Shown here piece after piece: positions 53,217 through 64,000 of a stretch of 64,000 nucleotides of DNA (position 1 is its first letter; each line of letters begins with the position of its first letter). The translations under genes were made by a program, and so were the position numbers. The stretch is from Octopus sinensis (Eukaryota), in assembly GCF_006345805.1 (NCBI RefSeq), contig NC_043006.1, positions 86,366,001 through 86,430,000 of the forward strand. Direction: 5' to 3'. The notes beneath the pieces are model-generated. The model had not been told where the DNA came from. It was given only the letters and a program-made list of their open reading frames with translations, and did not search any database.

Positions 53217-53486
53217 TATATATAATTCCATCACAAATATGGCTTTCTTCTTGACAAATGACATTTTCAATAAGACTATCACTGAGATGTAAATATGTAC
53301 CTTTCTGTAAAGAAAGGTACATATTTACATATTTATAACATGTGTGAACTTAAGAATTGTGCTTGTTTCTGGAGGTTTGCTCATTAGTTTTCAGTTTTTC
53401 TGATGTTTTTGGTTTATAACTGTTGTTGCTATTTTATCATTCTTATTGTTTAGACCTTGGTCAGTTCTAATAAGACAGAGTAATGG

Positions 53487-53828
53487 ATAAAAAACCTCCT
53501 TCAGTCATGAATGACCATGGAATTGTACTTAGAAGGTTCCTCTCCAAAGTACAAGTCCTGGCATATTTGTTTTATGGAAGGCCAGTAGTCGCCCATGCAT
53601 ACCAACCTCCCTTCTTCATGCCACTGATGTTATCCAAGGAAAAGGCAAAGGCTGATTCAGCTTGGGACCAATGATGTTGTAACTCATTTCTACAGCTCAG
53701 TGAACTGGAGCAATGTGAAATAAAGTGCCTTGCTCAAGAACACAACACACAGTCTGGTCCAAGAATTGAACTCACTACCTCGTGATTGAGAGTCCAACAC
53801 TCTGACCACTGAGCCATGTGCCTTCACT
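53487..53828 (-). mobile_element. tRNA-derived SINE (third family)
   Basis: Head GTGAAGGCACATGGCTCAGTGGTCAGAGTG..GAGTTCAATTC; core GTGTTCTTGAGCAAGGCACTTTATTTCAC. Confidence 0.8.
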
Positions 53829-54349
53829 AATTAGACAAACCTTTAACAAAAAACATTACCTATCCAGCACAGCAGAACTGATACCAGTGGTAGTGTCACA
53901 TAAAAAGCACTCAGTATAATCTGTGGTGTGATAGGCATAAGGAAGGGCATCCAACTGTAAAACCATGCCAAACAGATAAAGGAGCCTGGTGCAGCCCCTG
54001 GCCTTTACCAATTCTCGTCAAACCATCTAACTCATGCTAGAATGGAGAATGGATGTTAAATGAGGATAATTCCAGCTACAACCCTCATGTGGTCTTTTTT
54101 TTATATATCAGATTATATTTTCCAATGTATGCTACTTTTTATAAATTGGTTGCTTGTGATCTGAGGGAAGCTTGGCTGCCATTTCTAGCATATTGAGCAA
54201 CCTTGTAGAAGCTCCCTTGCTAGTTTGCTGCATCTGTGTTTATTTCTGATTCTCTATTTCTTTATGTATTTTTATTTTATTGTTTTCAATAATTCTAATT
54301 CAAATCTCTTTCTCTTCACACACAGACTCATTCATTCAGACACTCACTA

Positions 54350-54416
<67 letters not shown>

Positions 54417-54698
54417 GGTACCCTGTAACAAATCACAAAAACAACACTATAAAATAACATTAATTAATATTAGTTAGAGCTCAGCATTTAGCCTTAGGAG
54501 TGTGGAGAGACAAAATAGCTGTTGTAAACACACACACACACACACACACCTCTTGGCTCACCCTTCCTTATCACTCTCACTCTCACTCTCTCAAACTTAA
54601 TTAAAAGACATAATTAAACACACACTCATTTTTAATTAGTGTAAAGCAACATTTTTCTTCCAAATTTTCACAAAAATGTTAACAGATCTATTCCTGAT

Positions 54699-55120
54699 AT
54701 ATGAAGTCTGATCAAAAAGTATTGGGTCTGTTGCTATGGTAACATGGCACTCTGTCATGCATGCACACGAAGTTATAATGTTCTCGCTCTCTTCTGTTGT
54801 TTCTAGCAGTGCTTAAAAGTAGAGTGTGTAGAGTGTGGTTGTCTCAAAAAGAAGATTGAGCCTCAGCTGTACAAAATGTCTTCGGTTGTGTCAAGGAAGA
54901 TGAAAACTTTTTGAAAATGGTCACAACAGGTGACGAATCGTGGGTCTGTGGCTATGACCCCCAAAACCAAGGCTCAGTCTTCACAGTGAAAGACCCCAGC
55001 AAAATTTCAAGAGAATGCAATGAGGCAACTACTTGCTATTCCAAAAGTGGGTTTCTAGGAATGCTTCCATCAGTGGCAGCGATAAAGTGTGTGGCTTCAG
55101 AAGGGGACTACTTTGAAGGA
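54699..55120 (+). mobile_element. mariner-like transposase remnant (internally deleted)
   Basis: FLKMVTTGDESWVCGYDP (first catalytic D) and terminal KCVASEGDYFEG. Confidence 0.8.
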
Positions 55121-55520
55121 GTATCGGTATCGCCTTACTGGCACTTGTACCCGTGCTAGTGGGGTGCTAAGAACACCCTCCAAGCATGATCATTGCCAGA
55201 GTGGCTAACTGGCTTCCATGCCTGTGGCATGTAAAAGGCACCATTCGAGCGTGATCATTACCAACGTTACCTCACTAGCACTTGTGCCGGTGGCACGTGA
55301 AAAGACATTCAAGCGAGGTCATTGCCAGTACTGCCTGACTGACCCCCATGCTGGTGGCACGTAAAAGCACCCACTACACTCTCGGAGTGGTTGGCGTTAG
55401 GAAGGGCATCCAGCTGTAGAAACTCTGCCAGATCAAGATTGGAGCCTGGTGCAGCCATCTGGTTCGCCAGCCCTCAGTCAAATCGTCCAAACCATGCTAG
55501 CATGGAGAATGGACGTTAAA
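55121..55520 (+). mobile_element. RTE 3'-tail copy with internal tandem subrepeats
   Basis: GTGCCGGTGGCACGTAAAAG subrepeats and GGAAGGGCATCCAGCTGTAGAAAC. Confidence 0.85.
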
Positions 55521-56289
55521 CCAGTTCCTATACTTTTTAATTGGACCTTGTGTTATTGGTCGTAGTTGTTTAGCTCCTGATTAGTACAATTGTGTAACCC
55601 TATAACCAAGCAGTCCAACCATAACTGTCATTCTCCTACATACAAGGGTACCCAGAACCATACGATCCATTGTGTTATTTTCTAAGATTCCACCTGAGGT
55701 GTGATTTGAAGAAGATTTGGCTACTCTTTTCTGGCAGGTCAAATAAACACATAGAAGTGTTAACCAGGATCAGTGAACCAACAGATGAACTGCTTTGCAG
55801 TTTTTAGTTATTTACATTCTGAGTTCAAATCTTGTCTGGGTTCACTTTTTTCATCCATCCAAGTTTGATAAAATATGTACAAGTATGGTCAGGGATTACT
55901 TGTGAGTGAGTATGGCTCAGTGACATGCACCATTAACTGTTTTAAGTATCTATGTAGTCGTGAACTGATACAGTAACCCTCTGGTTCCCCCCACTACACT
56001 CCCAACCTTAATAATATTCCGCACACAACTTAATAATGTATAAGATATTTCACAAACCAAATTTGCATTCTTCATTATACGCCAAATTTATTGAAACCTC
56101 TATTGCTAGTGTATTTCATTAACTATACGATCATAAAATGGTCACTTTTGAAATACAGTTTACTACCTCTACCTGGCTGTTGCTTGCATTTTGTGAAGAC
56201 CACTCTGGAGCATTCAAGCCAAGTCATGAGCCTGAGGTAAACTTTGTCCATTCATCCATGTATCATTATTATTATTATTATCATTATTA

Positions 56290-56735
56290 TCTAAGGTGGC
56301 AAGCTGGTAGAATTGTTAGCATGTTGGTTGACTGCTTAACAGTATTTCGTCCTGTCACTATGTTTTGAATTCAAATTCTGCTGAGGTCGTCTTTGCCTTT
56401 CATCTTTTTGGGGGTCAATAAATGAAGTACCAGTTGTGTACTGAGGGCGATGTAATCATCTTAACCCCTTCCCCCAAATTTGAGGCCTTTTGCTTCCAGT
56501 AGAAAGGATTATTATTATTATTATTATCTAAGTTGGTGAGCTGGCAAAATCGTCAGCACACTGGGCAAAATGCTGTTAAGCATTTCACCTGTACTGAGTT
56601 CAAATTCTGCCGAGGTTGACTTTACCTTTCATCCTTTCGGGGTTGATAAATTAAGTACCAGTGAAACACTGGAGTCAATATAATTGACTAGTCCCCTTCC
56701 CCCAAATTTCAGGCCTTGTACCTATAGTAGAAAGG

Positions 56736-56774
<39 letters not shown>

Positions 56775-56985
56775 GAGCTGACAGACTCGTTAGCATGCTG
56801 GTCAAAATGCTTGATGGTAATTTGTCTGCTGCTACATTCTGAGTCCAAATTCTGACGAGGTCAACTTTGCCTTTCATCCTTTATGGGCCAATAAATTAAG
56901 TTCTAGTGAAACAATGGAGTCGATGTAATCGACTTCTCCCCTCCCCCAAAATTGCTGTCCTTGTAGCAAAACTTGAAACCATTAT
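56290..56985 (+). mobile_element. Three tandem family M-related SINEs separated by (TTA)n
   Basis: Copies at about 56292-56510, 56530-56737 and 56775-56980, each ending in (ATT)n. Confidence 0.85.
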
Positions 56986-56990
56986 TATTA

Positions 56991-57584
56991 TAGATGTCAC
57001 ACAATATACAATATCATGCGGTTGTTGATTGAGGATATTGTGTCTACGGGGGTTTGTGCTGTTTGCCAAATCCCAACAAGGCCCTCAGACAAACAGTACT
57101 TTACGCAATATGCATGCAGTTCCAAGTAACACTGAATTTTGCTAGATTGTAGGGTATTTCTAAGGTTTTCAGATGTTTTTTTTCAGATTGTCTGGTATTG
57201 AACCCAAAGCTCCAATGACAATAGGGATAACCTTTATGTTTGACTCTCTTAGCTGCCACATCTTAGCGATCTCAATTCTCAGGTCTCCATATTAACTTTT
57301 TCTTTCATGATGATGCATTCATCTCCTGGCACTGCTACATTGATTATTAGGCACTCTTGTTTGTTGCTCCTAAAGGTTACTATATCCAGCCTTCGGTGCT
57401 CTAATACTTTGTCTGTCTGGAAACCAAAGTCCCAGAGGATTTTTGCCTTCTCCTTTCATCCATTATCTTTTCCGGTGTATGTTCGTAACAAGCACCCATA
57501 ACTTCATATCCATACTTATGGCATAGTAGCCAGTGGAGGTTTGGGGCTACTTTGTAATGTCTACACAAGACTTTCACAAGCACT
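56991..57584 (-). mobile_element. R4/Dong-type 3' fragment (second subfamily)
   Basis: LHWLLCHKYG..YEHTPEK, LIINVAVPGD and VIPIVIGALG motifs of the RLE domain; TAA repeats at both ends. Confidence 0.75.
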
Positions 57585-57651
57585 AATTATTATTATTATT
57601 ATTATTATATTATTATTATTATTATTATTTTATTATTATTATCATCATCAT

Positions 57652-60600
57652 TCAGTAGTTTTATTTTTATAGCGTGCTTTCATTTCACTACCGAGCGCAG
57701 CTCTGTGTGCCTTGGGTATGTGCTGTGATTTGTTGTGATGCTCTGATGGTTATTGTATGGAAAGTGTTCTGTGTAGGATGTGTGCAGTGTCTAGTAGTGC
57801 CATTTTCTCTATGTTATATGTGTTTGTAAGTCTTGGTGTTTTTGTTATGTATTTGTCTGAATATTTTTTTACCATGCCTAATGCACCTACTATGATAGGA
57901 ATTGTTTCTGTTTTTAGATTCCACTTTCTAGTTACCTCTATTTCCAGGTCTTTGTATTTTGAAAGTTTCTCCATTTCTTTTAGAGACACGTTGTCATCTG
58001 CTGGTATTGATACATCAATTAGAAAGCATTTTTTTTCTTCATGATCTCTGACAACTATCTCTGGTCTGTTGGCCTTAATTTCTCTATCTGTGTGTATTGG
58101 CATATCCCAGAGTATGGTTGCTTTCTCGTTTTCTGTGACCTTTTCTGGTGTGTGCCTATACCATCTTTTTTCTGTTGTTATTCCATAATGTTGACATAGC
58201 TTCCAGTGTAAGTAGGTCCCAACTCTGTCGTGTCTGTGAATATATTCCTTCTTAGCCAGGACTGGGCAGCCAGAGATAATATGATTTATTGTTTCTTGTC
58301 CATCTCCACATATTCTGCAGTTACTTGTTATATTTCTCTTCATTACATGTTTTTGGTAATTTCTGGTGGGGAGGCTTTGGTCTTGTGCTGCAATTAAAAA
58401 TCCCTCTGTCTCTGCTTTGAGTCCTGAGCTTCTCAACCTTAGCAGGGATTTTTCTTTGTCTATTTCTTTTGCATTTAGTTTAGTCCAGTACTTGCAATGA
58501 AGGAACTTTTCTTGCCATCGTTTTATCATGGTCCGTTGCTGTTCTAGTTTTAGTTTTGATTTCATTTGCTTTATAGCTTTTGTTGTGTCTTCTTCTTCTT
58601 CTTCTTCTTCTTCTTCTTCTTCTTCTTCTTCTTCTTCTTCTTCTTCTTCTTCTTCTTCTTCTCCTTCTCCTTCTTCTTCTTCTTCTTCTTTCTTCTTCTT
58701 CTTCTTCTTCTTCTTCTTCTTCTTCGTCTTCTTCTTCGTATTTGTTAGGTGGTATGATTTCTTGTTTGTATTTGTCAGCTTCCTTAAATACTGAGAACAA
58801 TTTTTTGTTTTGCTCGTGTTTTGCTGCTATTTGTATCAGTTTTCCTTGCTTCTGACGTAGGTATTTTTGCAGTCCTATGGTGGTTATTTTATAGTAGTTT
58901 TCCAGCTTTATAAGGCCTCTACCACCTTCTATACGTTGTATATATAGCCTTTCTATGTCAGATTTTGGGTGATGCATCCTAGATCCTGTCATTATTTTTC
59001 TTGTTTTCCTATCTATTTTGGTTAGTTCATTTAGTGTCCAGTTAAGGATATTGTAGATGTAACTTATAACTGGGACGGCTAAAGTGTTAATACCTATTAT
59101 CTTGTTTTTAGCATTGAGCTCTGTTTTTACTATTGATCTAACTTGTCTATAGTATTCTTTCTTTATTTTCTCTTTTATTTGTGTGTGTTGTCTTATCTAG
59201 TTCATGGATTCCTAAATATTTGCAAGTTTGGCTTTGGTCTAATTCTCTTATTTCATTGGCTTTATCTAGTGTGATGTTGCTACTCTTAACTAGTTTTCCT
59301 CTTTTCAGAGTTACTTTGGTGCATTTTTCTAATCCAAATTTCATATCTATTTCTTTGGTGAATCCATGAACTGTCTTTAGTAGTGTTTCCAGCTGTTTGT
59401 CATCTGTAGCGTATAGTTTTAGGTCATCCATATATAAAAGGTGGCTGATCGTTTTGCTGTAACACATCCGCATCCAGTTCTATTCAGCATATCAGATAGA
59501 GGTGACAGTGCCAAGCAGAAAAAGAGTGGAGAGAGCGTGTCTCCCTGGAATATTCCTCTTCTAATGGGGATGTCTTTGGTTTTCACGAGTCCCTCTTTTG
59601 TTTGGAGCTGTAGCACTGTCTGCCATTTATTCATAGAGTGTCCTATGTATTTTATAATTGTTGGTGCTACTTTGTTAATGGCTAGTGTTTCGAGGATCCA
59701 TGTGTGGGGGGTGCTATCAAACGCCTTTCTGTAGTCGATCCAGGCCATACTGAGGCCTTTCTTCTTTCTGTGGCTGTCTTCAGTTATGGCTTTATTGATC
59801 ATTAGTTGATCTTTACAGCCATATGAGCCTTTGCAGCACCCTTTCTGCTCTTCTAGAAACAGGTTGTTTTCGTCCAGGTGCTTGTTCAATCTTTGTGATA
59901 TTACTGTAGTGAATGCTTTGTACATTGTAGGCAGACAGGTTATTGGTCTGTAGTTTTCTGGTTTTGCTGTCTCATTGGATTTAGGAATTAAGATGGTTTT
60001 CCCCTTTGTGAGCCATTCAGGCATTGTCTCTGGCTCTGCAATTATGTTGTTAAAAGTTTTCAGCCAGCTTTTTGTGCATTCCTGTCAGATATTTCAACCA
60101 GAAGTTGGGGATCTTGTCATGCCCAGGTGCCTTCCAGATGCTTAGTCTTTGCAGTGCCTGGGTGACCTTTTCCTTTGTTATGGGGATCCAAAGTTGCTCA
60201 GATGCTAAGTTTGTTGTTTTAATACTCCTTTTTTTTTGGTTGTTCATTTGCCGACCATATTTCTTTCCAGAATTCTTTCACTTCTTCTGCCGTTGGTGCT
60301 GCAGTGATGTTTATTTTATTTTTGCCAAGTTCTTGGTAGAACTTTTTGGGGTTGGAGTTGAACTGTTTGTTTTGTTCAAAGAAGCGTTGGCATTTCTCAT
60401 ACCGGCGGATCCTTTGTGCTTTGGCAAGGAAATCTTGCTTTAGCTTTTCTTTTATCTCAGGCAAATCTTTTTCTGTGATGTTGTATTTGCACAGTATTTT
60501 TGTTTTCTTTTTGTTGCTTAGTAGCATTGATTGTCTACTGATTTCATTAAGAATCGACTGATCTTTTCTCATTTTTTGTATTTTGTTTTGGATGTTATTT

Positions 60601-60705
60601 ATCCACAGGGTTTGTTTGGGTGGTGGTACTCCTGTTTGGATGGGTTTGAGGGAGTATCCAGCTTCTTTTGTGGCTGCAGTGGCTGCTGTATATACTAATT
60701 CATTT
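57652..60705 (-). mobile_element. 5'-truncated R4/Dong-clade non-LTR retrotransposon (RT, zinc finger, RLE), frameshifted
   Basis: NYRPITCLPTMYK, AWIDYRKAFDS, GIFQGDTLSPL, HLLYMDDLKLYA, CRICG..ETINHIISGC, RHD, ANRPEIVV..LIDVSIP..KY; (TAA)n at both ends. Confidence 0.93.
58588..58738. repeat. (GAA)n expansion inside the R4/Dong ORF
   Basis: (TTC)n on the plus strand, between KYEEE and EDTTKAIKQMKSK. Confidence 0.95.
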
Positions 60706-60706
60706 A

Positions 60707-60760
<54 letters not shown>

Positions 60761-60780
60761 GTAGTAGTAGTAGTAGTAGT

Positions 60781-62060
60781 ATAACAGAAGAATTCAAGAC
60801 AGGCTGCCACTGGGAGCTCTTCTATGCTGATGACCTTGCTCTAATAGCTGAGTCACTATCAGAACTAGAGAAGTTTCAGGTGTGGAGTCAATCTAGCAAA
60901 AACCAAAGTCTTAGTAAGTAGGAAGGCAGACAAATCACAAATCCCTTCAGGTAGATGGCTCTGCTTGATCTGTAGAAAAGGCATTGGTAGAAACTCCATA
61001 AGATGTATCCAGTGTAAGCTATGGACACATAAGAGGCACTGCAATATCAAAGGAAAGTTAACTGGGAAAATAGTTTTTGTGTGTAGCAGATGCACAGGTA
61101 CAATAAATACTGAAGATGCACAGAAAACAGATTCCATCACATGCCAGGGAGAAAAACTAGAAGTAGTTGATAGCTTCCGTTAACTAGCTGACCAAGTCAG
61201 TAGCAGGGTGGATGCTCTGAGAGCATAGCTGCTAGAATAAAAATAGCCTGGGCAAAGTTCACAGAGCTCCTACCTCTGCTGGTAACAAAGGGCCTCTCAC
61301 TCAGAGTGAAAGGTAGGCTGTATGATGCCTGTGTGCAAACAGCTTTGCTATACAGCTGTGAAACATGGGCTGTGACTACTGAGGACATGCGTAAGCTTGA
61401 AAGAAATGAAGTTAGTATGCTCTGCTGGATGTGTAATGTCAGTGTGCATACACAACAGAGTGTAAGCACTCTGAGTGAAAAGTTGGACATAAGAAGCATC
61501 AAATGTAGTGTATGTAGTGTGCAAAAGAGACGACTGCACTGAAATGGTCATGTGTTACATATGGATAAGGACAGCTGTGTGAGGAAGTGTCACATCCTAA
61601 TTATGGAAGGAATCTGTTGAAGAGGTAGACCCAGGAAGACATGGGATGAGGTGGTGAAGCACGACCTTCAAATGTTGGGCCTCACAGAGGCAATAACTAG
61701 TGACCGAGACCTTTAGAGATATGCTGTGCTTGAGAAGACCCAGCAAGCCAATTGAGATCGTAGCCATGGCCAATGCCAGTGTTGCATAACTTGCTCATTT
61801 AATAGTACCTTTCATGTTTGGCAATATGCTATGCCCGAGAAGACCTGTTGAGTCAAGTGAAATCGTAGTTGTCGCTGATGCCAGTTCTGCCTGATTGGCT
61901 CCTGTGCTGGTGGCATGTAAAAAGCACCCATTACACTCTCATTGGAGTGGAAGGGCATCCAGCTGTTGAAACCTTGCCAGATCAGATTGGAGCCGTGTGC
62001 AACCTCCTGGCTTACCAGTCCTCAGTCAAACCGTCCAACCCATGCCAGCGTGGATGATGA
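60781..62060 (+). mobile_element. 5'-truncated RTE-clade LINE with 3' UTR
   Basis: WELFYADDLAL, CLICRKGIGRNSIRCIQCKLWTHKR, LYSCETWA and RGRPRKTWDEVVKHD motifs, then GGAAGGGCATCCAGCTG tail ending in (GAT)n. Confidence 0.9.
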
Positions 62061-62069
62061 TTATTACTC

Positions 62070-62260
62070 AAGGCAGCAAGGTGGCAGAATCGGTAGCATA
62101 CTGAGAAAAATGCTTAGCAACATTTTGTCCATTCTTACATTCTAAGTTCAAATTCTGTCAAGGTCAACTTTGTTTTTCATTCATCCTTTCAGGGTTGATG
62201 AAATTAGTACCTGTTATGCACCTTGTGCCTATAGTAGAAAGGGTTATTAATATTATTATT

Positions 62261-62304
<44 letters not shown>

Positions 62305-62520
62305 TATTATTATCTAACGAGCTGGCATAATTGCTATTGCACTGGACAAAATGCTTAGCAGCAGTTCTTCTGGCTTTATCTTCTGAGTTCAAATGCCACC
62401 TAGATCAACTTTACAGTTCATCCTTTTGGAATCAATAAGATAAGTATCCACTGAGCCCTGAGATTGAATTAATTGACTTCCCTACCCTCCAAATTGCTGA
62501 CTTTAGGCAAAAATAAGGAT
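62070..62520 (+). mobile_element. Two diverged family M-related SINEs around an (ATC)/(ATT) tract
   Basis: Heads GGCAGAATCGGTAGC and GAGCTGGCATAATT; TTCATCCTTT core. Confidence 0.75.
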
Positions 62521-62534
62521 TCTTCTTCTTATTA

Positions 62535-62985
62535 TTTTTAGTGAAAGAGGTAGTGTGGGGGATGAGATTGAAAGGACTGAAGACAAATATTTTCCTTTTT
62601 GGCCAACCCTTCATCGACTTTTTTAAGTCCCACTTGAAAGGAAACTGTGAGTAGAAAGGGAAATGCTGAACCCCAGTATTTTTGTTGAAAGATTGACAAG
62701 GATGGCCTGTACAAATGTGCCTATGCTGAACATAAAGTAGTTAGCTGGAGAAGTTATGATACCTGCCTGAGGTGCCCTTGGCAGCAGTTAGGATGACCAG
62801 GATGTGTGGGGTTCCTTTGTTGCACCTGACAAGTACTTCTCCCTTTTGAGGAATATTATTCTTGAATAATTGTTATTGTTTTATTGTATTTTATACGCAA
62901 ATATTGTGCTAAGCCCCACTTGCTCCTTGTGCTGTATTGTTCCTTTCCATTTTGCATTCAGCCCTTATGGCCAATAAAGAAAATG
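62535..62985 (+). mobile_element. L1/Tx1-clade 3' fragment
   Basis: VKEVVW..RLKGLKTNIF..GQPFIDFFKSHLK parallels 4793-5128; ends gcccttatggccAATAAAG. Confidence 0.7.
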
Positions 62986-63010
62986 TCATTATTATTATTA
63001 TTATTATTAT

Positions 63011-63568
63011 TGAGTGAGAGAGCAGTGCATGCCATGAAGGTGACACTGGGATGAAATATATGAAGCCCAGTTTACCCATCATGACTAGCCGTCTGATAAG
63101 GGTATACCAGGCACATGCATCACAACCATATGTGCGCGACATGGTGATCTCATATCAAGATAAACAGCACATGACGTTGCAGGTGGGGCCCAGTTAGAAT
63201 TTTCTTCTGGTTGAGTAACCCATCCCGCTCAAAAGGTCCCTGAATAAGGGTTGTTTAAGGATGTTGAACAAAACACCCATGTTTCCAGAGGTGAATTATT
63301 CAAACCCCAAAGAATCCCTCTCAACACATGGCTATGATGCTCCCCCACTACTTCTGCTCATGATCAGTGATGCACATATCGTCAGCCACTAAGGGACATG
63401 GTCAACTGGTTAAGATCAAACAACTGATAAGCAAATCTGTGGTACTGAACAGAATATTTGCTGTAGCCCATCTTTTTTACCAAGACAAAACAATGTACAT
63501 GATAACACTTTCAATCAGTTAAGATCAGAAGCCATGAGAGCCACTGCCTGGTACTGCATCGGGGTATT
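63011..63568 (-). mobile_element. ~0.56-kb non-coding element flanked by (TAA)n
   Basis: Reverse copy of 27764-28287, with slightly longer 5' and internal segments. Confidence 0.8.
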
Positions 63569-63579
63569 TATTATTATTA

Positions 63580-63614
<35 letters not shown>

Positions 63615-63639
63615 TATTATTATTATTATTATTATATAA

Positions 63640-64000
63640 CTGTTCAAGATTTGGTAGATTGAGGCAAATTTCTACTGCATCACCTGCTACACCTCTGTGT
63701 TGCTGGGGTGTGTGCAGCATTGTGTGTTCTTTTCTGCTGTTGGGAGTGTGCGAACACTCCCGGTACTGTATTGTGTTAATTTTTTTCCCCTTGAGGTGTG
63801 GTACTGTCTTTTGTTGTTTTACTGCTTGTATTGTGGTGTTGCATGTGTAATATTTTGGTTTTCTAGCTTGCTGCTGGGAGTTTATTTCACTGGGTAAATG
63901 CTGCGTATAATGTGTCTTGTATTTGTGGATTGTTTTGTTTAGGTTGTATTATTGGATGTCTTGTGAGGGATGTGGGCTGTTGCTAGCAGGGTTATTTTTT
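63640..64000 (-). mobile_element. R4/Dong-type 3' end, running off the window
   Basis: KITLLATAHI..KT..IQ-like residues parallel KMALLDTAHILHRTLSIQ* of the main copy; abuts (TAA)n at 63570-63637. Confidence 0.6.

Overview
This is repeat-saturated, AT-rich eukaryotic DNA. The SINE and LINE families and the microsatellite load look like an octopod cephalopod (Octopus-type) genome; that assignment is recalled family resemblance, not a database search. No intact host gene is recognisable. The only candidate is one orphan 131-nt exon-like segment (7353-7483, minus) with weak IRS/DOK-type PTB similarity. Most ORFs in the track are microsatellite or tandem-repeat artefacts. Main contents: (1) a ~5.8-kb array of a 39-bp unit (9222-15039) with four open frames; (2) a 1.95-kb ORF1-only non-LTR retroelement (20067-22011, minus) with RRM-like and CCHC motifs and no ORF2, inserted in a SINE with a perfect 16-bp target-site duplication (TSD); (3) a pile-up of R4/Dong-type RLE retrotransposons, SINEs and a ~0.55-kb non-coding element at (TAA)n microsatellites (56-64 kb and 27.7-29.9 kb); (4) remnants of RTE, L1/Tx1, Penelope, HERO-like, Tigger and mariner elements, piggyBac-type and Merlin-type MITEs, a ~580-bp foldback, and many tRNA-derived SINEs, one with a 76-bp TSD. 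The 24.6-27.2 kb (TA)n mosaic looks like low-accuracy long-read consensus, so single-base frameshifts elsewhere may be sequencing errors.
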